Below, one piece after another: positions 50,001 through 57,331 of a stretch of DNA of 64,000 bases (the stretch's first letter is position 1; each line of letters begins with the position of its first letter). The DNA comes from a virus (taxonomy: Duplodnaviria > Caudoviricetes): the IMG/VR virus record IMGVR_UViG_3300002835_000006; one strand, written 5' to 3'. Both the position numbers and the translations under genes were made by a program. The notes below the pieces were generated by a model. That model saw only the letters and a list, made by a program, of their open reading frames with translations, was not told the origin of the DNA and searched no databases.

Positions 50001-50793
50001 CGCACCTAACGCAGAGCTTCAGACTATAGTTTATGTTCTATCTTATATCCGAACATTCAGTATTGCTGGTGACCCTAAAGGAGAGTTTGTTGCGTATGAT
50101 AATAACTTCAGTAATATTACTTTGGATAAACCAATAGCATCATCGCTTACACAGGATTTTGTACCTAACGTATATGCATGTATTAAAACCAAAACCATAA
50201 GTGGTGATAAATCATTACCGGCCGCGAAATTTAATGATGTAAATACCTACCTGAAATTTATGACAGGTCTTATAACACCGAGAATTTCACAGATTACAGG
50301 AGGAGTTTTTAAAGAAAAAATTATTGAATATTATTGTACTGCATTCCCTGCGGCTCAGGTTACCCTAGAATATTATGAATCAAACATAGATAGATTTTTG
50401 GGAATTTATGGTAGTATAGTTGACCAGGCAATTGCAAGTGCCGGAAGAGTGGGATTGAGGACTGATATAGGAACCGCATTCAATCAAGGAGGAGGAGGTC
50501 AACAAACAACAATACCGGCGTGTCCACCAACAGTATTATCAGGATTCTCACCACTGACAGGTACTACTGGAACTGTAATGAGTCTTTCAGGTACAAACTT
50601 AGAATACGTCAGAACTATAACGGTTGGAACAACTCAAGTGGATTTCAGAACAGTACAATTTATATCAACTAATAAAATAAAATTCTCAATACCACAAATA
50701 GTTAGTACACCACCACAACAACTACAAATATCAGTAACAACAACAGGAAATGCGGTACCTGTTACCGCACCTGGTGTATTCACTTTTATTTAA
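43999..50793 (+). CDS. giant baseplate hub protein (gp27-like halves) with C-terminal IPT/TIG domain, 2264 aa
   Basis: CEVSAMGNALIQP.MYF..GPYLITDVSHTI hub C-terminal motif; FSPLTGTTGTVMSLSGTNL IPT motif. Confidence 0.65.
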   Translation: MAGSNIQGDLSGHILPEFDYDNIILIDPNKTIDNTGRISERIVDHENLVMYANLEAQILPRTKLALGVQPNENVNTSMTIARINFLKPTKNNYIGTGYYDELTGKDALTTQFSNAKLEKTVTRGNKAYFVDTVLDQQNVTDNGLLGITSIICKLGTSFIPSVSMQLEDVQGKALFQLGDNSPYAAFFTLPYPQFYLTLKGYYGQAIKYQLYLEKFDARFNTSTGNYAITLEFKGFKFNILNEILISHLLATPHMYNRRFATSLEPVVANPATNNQSLQNSSSAQQGGITTATRAENTVYAEFVTERGYEKIVEVYSEYKSKGLIPQDFPELTLLQLMNKLEMFERNVVNSYPLVNVEPLTNIRNYLKTLKAFVETLIGPQSSSWFLTNLDPRAIILDNNNRVYFFKKELQTNLASQTAAIKNLSTIFDRNLSELRKNPTLGVDSTENIKIDKLTPNQIQVTIDLSQINKDATAASFFNVISASDVQKTTTKNNLDILLAKKGTVINGTTVQSDPIFFNFDQQGGFTQTVNQIEEEVLKKLKAYETAITEELKILIQDKSTGIGFNPTVRNMCAVIMANTEGFIRLLDDCHTKAWSVKYDPVRSLAIHNNKSSARNTEAQTVVQITSQAAGENQGIVNGQTPVYPWPQFFVESPDDKKGRYQLQYLGAPSVVKITQASDFSKWPEVEFVEEYIKGLIMKDNVPSTQTPIESQLTTFAIQINAIEYPTSNVIYSNKQEVRYFYEIWEREYVTANYSNFSRALPNQVTPFITLNTSVETNNIIESLGVNSPSITFKLKNTNLNSQNYPTFLKQISNNGTGPSYYNYERGFFVTSYLKELTDNPFSILKTTELGLEPLQSADLKPLVDLTKNASNDFKIIDTYPFTSSGWVQTNMSQSSRATLNNVFDTKNVITVFADRNMVSNFTDLYDYINKRPVTNFGYRTTPTPSIVVESLSTQPNVSTQTMNLYYNGSLNNTTRMVPTEGFVQTPSSNYLGKTQTTSILNTPFFINAIQNGVRLEKNRNRNPYIQAAYLFINSLPLISLRERYKSLGINNELDYMASCFNKFGAVHKVPYAWILKMGSIWYRYKTYVETNRDILDGIWNNFDYLGNFDPVFSAKTTTYEFQFPITNPTKYKVSLEKQNQNLLEIQTGFYPKLMNDFAYFYNGRDLFQNYSNDEIQSAVSDGLRLYQFPNSEFSAEQNNKDVNVSTWSALLPNTLVDAYSTINLCVPASDEVELGTEYYILPSFGANMNQTNYELVTNQTSNPVTTTDLVDNKAMYNGSARCLWAASNYGYFDANQVIKPDTDSYMNLIYSDGSTIVPFQLLSSNTYSTMEEIFGVFDKRALDLMEKEFLNYCAPITNVKYAPVRSEINKSAVQIDGISRNFQAFMREAMKLTPTLATRTSELFKEAITNQFNNFSSQIKSIMEYDVIIRNGNPSKFNRKVWESYISIGLPTPTVVEPITFQPYVTNTLPSVGGGITLQQSQNLNGPAWRALLTEVGFSSIAELTYTDNGSYITDFFINNNIEFSSRNVVLLAPIIKMYATQRLNNPNLLVTNFRDNLTAYINNNETFQNDLLNQVIISTQAKLPDVQEPQEQTIQSGLSGLQGKVEIYNVFKALNDKWVAGYDYSQRTLFEDILFLDRASRNIGETVVLDIFSIKNLINKNSLNEGMSVYTLLSSMLMQNNFVVMPLPAYCNFYNVQEVNGLQSPNTESTLDFADNMWGTFTNVDYRKSGPKIVCFYVGKPSDQLGVSVKLTGIGDDGFDLRNPTGNPLIENQLGKNDFDKSNKVVGFNVDIGIRNQNVFQTFSVSQDNGKATSESIAAVLMMADQTNTKNVGTQNASLYNFYKRRSYQCEVSAMGNALIQPTMYFNLRHVPMFNGPYLITDVSHTITPGDFTTNFTGVRQGIYDYPVEDNYLQKINQNLLTQLENLVIQKTDQNTTITTTNQGKETNLIQNSNNLSVDAQNACRANLSPQFDRLESTTGQLTKLTATDFSNSLKTYTGTAPNAELQTIVYVLSYIRTFSIAGDPKGEFVAYDNNFSNITLDKPIASSLTQDFVPNVYACIKTKTISGDKSLPAAKFNDVNTYLKFMTGLITPRISQITGGVFKEKIIEYYCTAFPAAQVTLEYYESNIDRFLGIYGSIVDQAIASAGRVGLRTDIGTAFNQGGGGQQTTIPACPPTVLSGFSPLTGTTGTVMSLSGTNLEYVRTITVGTTQVDFRTVQFISTNKIKFSIPQIVSTPPQQLQISVTTTGNAVPVTAPGVFTFI

Positions 50794-50821
50794 TCTAATA
50801 TATTTATATAAAAACAATTCT

Positions 50822-51046
50822 ATGAATTTAAAAACAATGCTCGACAATTATTTGGGAAAACCAGTTAGGTTTTCAGAGCAAGACAATGGGGACGGCTCCA
50901 AAGAGGTTTGTGATTTGGACACCGGTGAGTGTTATATGGTCAGAGAAAGAGATGGTCTTATTGAGAGAGCAGGTCACCAACATTTAGCCAACAGAAGAGT
51001 AAAGGTAGAAACTGCCAAAGGAATTAAACAACTTTTAAACGGGTAA
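50822..51046 (+). CDS. small hypothetical late protein (74 aa; start ATG 50822)
   Basis: TATTTAT at 50801; CDLDTGEC motif; the ORF-track start overlaps the previous gene. Confidence 0.7.
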   Translation: MNLKTMLDNYLGKPVRFSEQDNGDGSKEVCDLDTGECYMVRERDGLIERAGHQHLANRRVKVETAKGIKQLLNG

Positions 51047-51048
51047 AA

Positions 51049-51723
51049 ATGGGTATAGATAAAAAAATTCTAAGTGAAATAGAGAGATATAATTCAATTG
51101 TAAATTATATCAAAGAACAGGCTATTGAACCTCCTCCACCAGACCCAGCAGCAGATGCAGCTGCGGCTTTGGGGGCTCCAGCAACAGCACCCGCAGAAAC
51201 ACCGGCTGCAGATATCCCGAAAGGTATTCCAACACCTGAGCCTTTAGATGTTGAGTCAGACCCAGATGTAGAAAAATTGGATGATAAGGGTAAATCAACT
51301 GAGAAGAAAGATGAAGAGAGTGGAACTGAAGAATTAGAGATAACGGATTTAGTTGATGCTCAAAAAAATATCCAACAAAAACAAGACGAATACTTTGAAA
51401 ACCTTTTTGGACAATTATCTAATTTAGAGAAAAGACTTGGTGAGATGGACCAAATCATGGGTAAGTTAAACTCTTTGGAAAGTAAATTAGAAAAATATAG
51501 GTCCAAGAGTCCTGAAGAAAAATTGAATTTGAGAGTCTATGATTCATACCCTTATAACCAAAGACTCACTGATTTTTTTGATGACAAAAAAGAAGAAATG
51601 GAAAAAACGGGAAAAAATGAATATGTTTTGACTGACGACCAAGTTAGTGATATCAATGTGAACGATATAAAAAATTCATTTCAACCGAGTGGAGAGGATA
51701 GAGAAGATTTTAAATTTAAATAA
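51049..51723 (+). CDS. hypothetical acidic/coiled-coil protein, possible head-internal protein
   Basis: ILSEIERY..IKEQ leader, Pro/Ala linker, heptad region. Confidence 0.7.
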   Translation: MGIDKKILSEIERYNSIVNYIKEQAIEPPPPDPAADAAAALGAPATAPAETPAADIPKGIPTPEPLDVESDPDVEKLDDKGKSTEKKDEESGTEELEITDLVDAQKNIQQKQDEYFENLFGQLSNLEKRLGEMDQIMGKLNSLESKLEKYRSKSPEEKLNLRVYDSYPYNQRLTDFFDDKKEEMEKTGKNEYVLTDDQVSDINVNDIKNSFQPSGEDREDFKFK

Positions 51724-51725
51724 TA

Positions 51726-51749
51726 AAAAGGGACCGATTGGTCCCTTTT
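51726..51749. terminator. bidirectional-type intrinsic terminator
   Basis: AAAAGGGACC-gatt-GGTCCCTTTT perfect 10-bp stem. Confidence 0.85.
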
Positions 51750-51752
51750 AAA

Positions 51753-51784
51753 TTTGACATATAGGGAAATCCCAATTATATTTG
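51753..51784 (+). promoter_or_regulatory. host-RNAP-type promoter for the replication operon
   Basis: TTTG(51753-56)-N20-TATATTTG(51777-84), exact Bacteroidota consensus; also reads TTGACA-N17-TATATT. Confidence 0.75.
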
Positions 51785-51808
51785 CTAAACAATCTAAATT
51801 TATAAAAA

Positions 51809-52654
51809 ATGAGTAATGTATTAGACGCCGTATTGGCACAGTATGAAAAAAATCAAATGGGCGGGGCCCAATCGAAAATGTCGCAAGACGAAAGAATGAA
51901 AAAGTATTTCGCTTTAATCCTTGGTGATAAAGAGAAATCAGGTCAGAGAAGAGTGAGAATTCTTCCTACCACAGATGGTTCCTCACCATTCAAAGAGGCT
52001 TGGTATCATGAAATCCAAGTAGGTGGTCAATGGCAGAAGTTCTATGACCCAGGAAAAAATGACAACGAACGTTCACCTTTGAACGAAGTTTACGAAGAGT
52101 TGATGGCAACAGGTAAGGAATCCGATAAGGAACTTGCAAAGCAATACAAATCTCGTAAGTTTTACATCGTTAAAGTTATCGACCGTGATAACGAAGCTGA
52201 CGGTCCAAAGTTTTGGAGATTTAAACACAACTATAAGAATGAGGGTATTCTTGACAAGATTATTCCCATTTGGAGAAACAAGGGTGATATTACAGATGCT
52301 GAAAAAGGTCGTGACCTAATCATCGAGTTGGCTAAATCTAAAACTCCAAAAGGAAAAGAGTATACAACTGTTTCAGCAATCATGTACGACGACCCAACAC
52401 CTGTTCATACAGATAAAGACCAAGCTAACGAGTGGGTAAATGATGAGTTGTCTTGGACTGATGTATATAGTAAAAAACCTGTAGAGTATCTTGAAGCAAT
52501 CGCACAAGGTAAAACACCAAAGTGGGATAACGAAAAAGGTGGATATGTCTACGGTGATGATGAAGTATCTGAAACCTCAATTGGTGGTTCCAAGTCTTCT
52601 AAAGTTACTGACCCACAAGCTGACGCTGAAGCTGACACTGATTTACCATTCTAA
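51809..52654 (+). CDS. ssb: single-stranded DNA-binding protein (T4 gp32-like)
   Basis: RILP....PF.EAWYH, YIVKVIDR, GRDLII pattern; acidic tail ending DLPF. Confidence 0.8.
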   Translation: MSNVLDAVLAQYEKNQMGGAQSKMSQDERMKKYFALILGDKEKSGQRRVRILPTTDGSSPFKEAWYHEIQVGGQWQKFYDPGKNDNERSPLNEVYEELMATGKESDKELAKQYKSRKFYIVKVIDRDNEADGPKFWRFKHNYKNEGILDKIIPIWRNKGDITDAEKGRDLIIELAKSKTPKGKEYTTVSAIMYDDPTPVHTDKDQANEWVNDELSWTDVYSKKPVEYLEAIAQGKTPKWDNEKGGYVYGDDEVSETSIGGSKSSKVTDPQADAEADTDLPF

Positions 52655-52663
52655 TTTTATAAC

Positions 52664-52695
52664 AAGGGCGGGTCAAACCGCCCTTATATTTTTTT
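52664..52695 (+). terminator. intrinsic terminator after ssb
   Basis: AAGGGCGG-gtcaaa-CCGCCCTT then atattttttt. Confidence 0.8.
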
Positions 52696-52698
52696 ATA

Positions 52699-52911
52699 AT
52701 GACATTCAAAGTAAAAGAACATCCGAAAAAAGTTTTCGAAGCCGTCACCTACGATTTTACAATAATAGATAAAAACGGAAAAGAACTTCAACTCAGAAAA
52801 TGGGAAGACTCTAATGGTGGTGGGTATTTTATTTTCGAGAATGAAGATTGGCTTGAGTTTCACCCCGATGAAGAATTGGACGATTTTATAACATACGATT
52901 TAGACTTTTAA
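52699..52911 (+). CDS. small hypothetical protein
   Basis: 70 aa ORF filling the ssb-recA gap. Confidence 0.65.
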   Translation: MTFKVKEHPKKVFEAVTYDFTIIDKNGKELQLRKWEDSNGGGYFIFENEDWLEFHPDEELDDFITYDLDF

Positions 52912-52913
52912 TT

Positions 52914-53915
52914 ATGGCAATCAAGAAAAACGATTTTAGTAATCTGAAAAAGAAGTTCTCAACTTCTGCAAAATATAAACCCCAAAGATTTTTGGACTTA
53001 GGTGCCGATTTCTTGGATGCCGTTGGTTTACCTGGTCCTGCTATTGGACATATCAATATGTTTTTGGGTCACTCAGATACAGGTAAAACAACTGCAGCAA
53101 TCAAAGCTGCTGTAGATGCTCAAAAGAAAGAAATCTTACCTGTGTTCATCATTACAGAACAGAAGTGGAGTTTTGACCATGCTAAACTCATGGGGTTCCA
53201 ATGTGACGAGGTTGTTGACACCGAAACAGGTGAGTTGGATTGGGACGGATTCTTTCTATTCAATAACAACTTCAGCTACATAGAACAAATCACCGATTAC
53301 ATCAATCAACTATTGGATGCTCAAGAAAAAGGGGAATTGAACTATAGCCTATGTTTCATTTGGGATTCTGTAGGTTCAGTACCTTGTAAGATGACCTATG
53401 AGGGTAAAGGTGGTAAACAACACAACGCATCCGTTTTATCCGATAAAATCGGAATGGGTATCAACCAAAGAATTTCTGGTTCAAGAAAAGCGGATACCGA
53501 ATATGAAAATACATTGATTATCATAAATCAACCTTGGGTTGAATTACCGGACAATCCTTTCGGACAACCGAAGATTAAAGCTAAAGGTGGTGAATCTGTT
53601 TGGTTGAACTCGTCTTTGGTATTTTTGTTCGGAAATCAGAAAGGTGCTGGAACTACAAAAATTACTGCGACAAAAGACAAACGTTCCGTTAAATTTGCCG
53701 TTAGGAGTAAGATATCTGTAATGAAAAACCACATCAACGGACTCGGATTCGATGATGGGAAAATTATTGTAACACCTCATGGGTTTTTGGCGGGTAAAGA
53801 TTCAACAGAAGAAAAAGCATCTATCGAAGCATACAAAAAAGAATATGCCGACTATTGGAAGGATATTATTGGTGCTGAAGGAGATTTCACTTTGACCGAA
53901 GAGAAAGAAGAGTAA
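52914..53915 (+). CDS. recA: RecA/UvsX-like recombinase
   Basis: GHSDTGKT Walker A, IWDSVGS, INQ, GG, KNH motifs. Confidence 0.9.
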   Translation: MAIKKNDFSNLKKKFSTSAKYKPQRFLDLGADFLDAVGLPGPAIGHINMFLGHSDTGKTTAAIKAAVDAQKKEILPVFIITEQKWSFDHAKLMGFQCDEVVDTETGELDWDGFFLFNNNFSYIEQITDYINQLLDAQEKGELNYSLCFIWDSVGSVPCKMTYEGKGGKQHNASVLSDKIGMGINQRISGSRKADTEYENTLIIINQPWVELPDNPFGQPKIKAKGGESVWLNSSLVFLFGNQKGAGTTKITATKDKRSVKFAVRSKISVMKNHINGLGFDDGKIIVTPHGFLAGKDSTEEKASIEAYKKEYADYWKDIIGAEGDFTLTEEKEE

Positions 53916-53916
53916 T

Positions 53917-54318
53917 ATGGTAAACATTCCTGTAAGCGTCGGTGAACTAATTGATAAGTTATCAATTCTTCAAGTTAAAAAGAATAAAATCTCAAATCCT
54001 GAAAAATTAGATTACATCAATAAAGAATTTGAACTTCTTTATAATTTATCTTCGGAGTATTTGAACAATTTGATAATTAAAAACTTATATCATAATCTAG
54101 TCAGTACTAATTCAAATTTATGGGAAATTGAAGATATCTTGAGAATATTAGAAAAAGAAGGTAAGTTCGAAGATGAATTTATCAATTTGGCGAGAAAAGT
54201 TTATTTCACTAACGACAAAAGATTCGATTTGAAAAATCAAATCAATTCTATAACTTCGTCAGAAATCAGAGAAGTTAAAGAATATGTGGACTACAGAAAG
54301 GAAAACAATCACCTCTAA
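53917..54318 (+). CDS. DUF6165-like helical protein
   Basis: PVSVGELIDKLSILQVK, LWEIED, ARKVYFTNDKR pattern. Confidence 0.7.
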   Translation: MVNIPVSVGELIDKLSILQVKKNKISNPEKLDYINKEFELLYNLSSEYLNNLIIKNLYHNLVSTNSNLWEIEDILRILEKEGKFEDEFINLARKVYFTNDKRFDLKNQINSITSSEIREVKEYVDYRKENNHL

Positions 54319-54327
54319 ATCAAATAT

Positions 54328-55326
54328 GTGCCTAAGACTTTATTAGTAGATGGTGACAACCTTTTCAAGATTGGTTTTCACGGAGTCAAAGAACTTTATA
54401 ACGATGGTTCTCACATAGGAGGGGTATACCATTTCATCAACACTATCCGGAAATTTCTTGAAGAACACAATCATGACAAAGTTATAGTATTTTGGGACGG
54501 AGATTCGAACTCATCCGTAAGGAAAGGTTTGTATCCTCAATATAAAGGAAACCGTCGCCAAGATATGAATGAGTACAAATACGAATCTTACCTACAACAA
54601 AAGGCTAGAGTAAAGATGTATTTGGAGGAGGTTTTCGTCCGACAGGTTGAAATGAAAGATAATGAAGCCGATGACCTAATAGCTTACTATTGTCAAATTG
54701 CGACCGATGAAGACATTATAATCTTCTCAGCAGACAAAGACCTCACCCAACTTATAAGTCAAAGAGTGACTATCTATTCACCTGTGGCAAAGAGGTATTT
54801 TAAGAATGGAGATAAGATAACAATCAACAAGGTTGACATCCCACATTATAACATCACTGTTACAAAAATATTCACAGGAGACAAATCAGACAATATTGAC
54901 GGTATTGAAGGTTTGGGAGAAAAAACTTTGGTTAAACTTTTTCCGTTTATGCTTGAAAAACCATGCACTATCCAAGAAATATTGGATTATGCACGAAATA
55001 TCCAACAAAAGAAATTACCAAAATCTTTAGAAAATATTTTGACAGGACGGACCAAAAGTGGTATACTTGGAGAAGAGTTTTACGTTGTGAATCAAATGAT
55101 TGTTGACCTTCATAATCCCCTCATAAACCAAGAAGGTAAACAACTTGTTGAACAGATTCATACCGATACCATGGACCCTACTGACCGAGGTTATAAAAAC
55201 CTTATGAGGCTGATGATGGAAGACGGCCTATTTAAATACCTACCTAAAAACGACGAAGCGTGGGTAAACTTCCTAAAACCATTTATGAAACTAACAAGAA
55301 AAGAAAAACGAAACACAAAAAAATGA
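54328..55326 (+). CDS. 5'-3' exonuclease / flap endonuclease (T4 RNase H, PolI N-domain-like)
   Basis: LVDGDN, YKGNR, EADDLI, SADKDL.QL, GDKSDNIDG..G.GEKT. Confidence 0.92.
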   Translation: MPKTLLVDGDNLFKIGFHGVKELYNDGSHIGGVYHFINTIRKFLEEHNHDKVIVFWDGDSNSSVRKGLYPQYKGNRRQDMNEYKYESYLQQKARVKMYLEEVFVRQVEMKDNEADDLIAYYCQIATDEDIIIFSADKDLTQLISQRVTIYSPVAKRYFKNGDKITINKVDIPHYNITVTKIFTGDKSDNIDGIEGLGEKTLVKLFPFMLEKPCTIQEILDYARNIQQKKLPKSLENILTGRTKSGILGEEFYVVNQMIVDLHNPLINQEGKQLVEQIHTDTMDPTDRGYKNLMRLMMEDGLFKYLPKNDEAWVNFLKPFMKLTRKEKRNTKK

Positions 55327-55784
55327 AAAACATGAAAGAACACGACAGCATCAAGATGGAATTTTTGTTGACCCTGAACGACAACATCGTCGTCCAAAGA
55401 TTCTTCAACGTCAAAGGTTTCAACCCTGAAGCAAAAAACTCTACCGAGTTTTATCATTTCATCAAATCCTTATCCGAGGAGCTACAGTATTACCTCAAAA
55501 TGAAAACAGTTATCTATATGATGGATAACATGGAGGCAATCATTCATGACCCCAAGATTATGGATACGTCTTTTACCGAGGGTCCTGAAAACTTCTATCT
55601 TTCTGTGAAAGTAGGAGACCAGACAATTTGTCAGAGAATTTTCGATGGAAAAAAGTTTCCACCCAAAGTTCGTTACACCGTTGACGTAAGACCATATTTG
55701 AAGGATGTTCTTAAAGAACTGACTGACATTTTTTCAAATTCCGAATTATCTTACGAATATTGCGGAATTGATTTGAGAGATTGA
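55323..55784 (+). CDS. hypothetical protein (start ATG 55323)
   Basis: ATGA overlap with the exonuclease stop. Confidence 0.7.
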   Translation: MKNMKEHDSIKMEFLLTLNDNIVVQRFFNVKGFNPEAKNSTEFYHFIKSLSEELQYYLKMKTVIYMMDNMEAIIHDPKIMDTSFTEGPENFYLSVKVGDQTICQRIFDGKKFPPKVRYTVDVRPYLKDVLKELTDIFSNSELSYEYCGIDLRD

Positions 55785-55817
55785 TATTTAAAATAAGAGG
55801 GGATATTTTCTTTGGCT

Positions 55818-57197
55818 ATGAACAAAAACTTTGACTACTTAGGTAACACGTTTCAAATACAACTTATCAACCAACTAATAGAGGATAAAGACTTTGCATC
55901 CTCAATTGTCGACGTTCTTGAGCCATCGTATTTTGACAACAAGTATTTTAAAATCATCATTCAGATGATTAAAGAATATCATTCAAAGTATGAAGCTTCT
56001 CCTAACTTTGAAACAATTGAACAGATTGTAAGGGCTGAAGTCACCCAAGAATTGGTTGTCAAAATTGTTTTGGATACTTTAAAACAAATCAAAGATGCAC
56101 CAGTTGAAGGGGCTCAGTTTGTTCAAGAGAAAGCTTTGAAATTCTGTAAACAACAAGAGTTGAAAAAGGCTATGGACAGAGCTCAGAAAATCATCACTGA
56201 AGGTGACTTTGAGTCTTATGACAAAGTTGAGGGTTTAGTAAGAGAAGCTCTTCAAGTTGGAGAAGTTGAAAAGAATGTTACAGATATTTTCTCAGGTTTG
56301 GATACTGTTTTGGAAGATGATTACAGACATCCAATTCCTATGGGAATAACAGGTATTGATAGATTGTTAAAGGGTGGATTAGCCAAAGGTGAGATTGGGG
56401 TCATACTTGCACCCACTGGTGTTGGTAAGACCACAATCCTCACTAAAATAGCCAATACCGCATTTAATCACGGTTATAACGTTTTACAAATCTTTTTTGA
56501 AGACAATCCAAAAATTATTCAGAGAAAACACTTCACCATTTGGACAGGCGTTGAACCTGACAAATTAGCCGAACACAGAGAAAAAGTAATGGATAAAATC
56601 TCAGAGATTCAAGATACAATGAAGAACAAATTGATTCTCAAGAAATTGGCTTCAGACACTGTAACTATGAATCATATCAAAAATCAGGTGAGAAAAATGA
56701 TTGCTGAGGGAAATAAAATTGATTTGATTCTATTAGATTACATAGATTGTGTTCTACCTGAACAAAGTGCTAAAGACGAATGGAAGGCCGAAGGTTCAAT
56801 TATGAGGGCATTCGAAGCCATGTGTCACGAATTAAATCTTGTGGGATGGACTGCAACCCAAGGAAATAGAAGTTCAATTTCATCTGAAGTTGTTACAACA
56901 GACCAAATGGGTGGTTCAATCAAGAAAGCACAAGTAGGCCACGTTATTATTACTGTGGCAAAGACATTACAACAAAAAGAGATGAACCTTGCAACAATAG
57001 CCATCACTAAATCTCGTCTTGGTAAAGACGGGGTTGTTTTCGAGAACTGTAAATTCAATAATGAATTACTTGAAATCGACACTGAATCATCAATCACATT
57101 CCTAGGATTTGAAGAGCAACAAGAAGAAAGAAAAAGAGATAGGGTCAAAGAACTGTTGGAGAAAAGAAAACAACGTGAACAACAAAAAAGTCCCTAA
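55818..57197 (+). CDS. dnaB: replicative DNA helicase (DnaB/gp41-like)
   Basis: APTGVGKT, LDYID, TATQGNR, ITKSRLG motifs. Confidence 0.9.
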   Translation: MNKNFDYLGNTFQIQLINQLIEDKDFASSIVDVLEPSYFDNKYFKIIIQMIKEYHSKYEASPNFETIEQIVRAEVTQELVVKIVLDTLKQIKDAPVEGAQFVQEKALKFCKQQELKKAMDRAQKIITEGDFESYDKVEGLVREALQVGEVEKNVTDIFSGLDTVLEDDYRHPIPMGITGIDRLLKGGLAKGEIGVILAPTGVGKTTILTKIANTAFNHGYNVLQIFFEDNPKIIQRKHFTIWTGVEPDKLAEHREKVMDKISEIQDTMKNKLILKKLASDTVTMNHIKNQVRKMIAEGNKIDLILLDYIDCVLPEQSAKDEWKAEGSIMRAFEAMCHELNLVGWTATQGNRSSISSEVVTTDQMGGSIKKAQVGHVIITVAKTLQQKEMNLATIAITKSRLGKDGVVFENCKFNNELLEIDTESSITFLGFEEQQEERKRDRVKELLEKRKQREQQKSP

Positions 57198-57331
57198 TTA
57201 AATATCTACTTTTTTCAAAAAAAACTTATTTTTTTTTAATTAAATTTGTGGTCGGTTCATCGCCGACCATATATTTAATAAGAAAATCACCGATTTTTTA
57301 AATAAAATCATTTTACAAAAAAATTACAAAA

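Noticed and set aside
57200-57331. NrdR box or cobalamin riboswitch upstream of nrdJ
   Set aside because: Region is too short and AT-rich for a B12 riboswitch and no convincing NrdR palindrome; only a 7-bp hairpin (57249-57269) of unclear role
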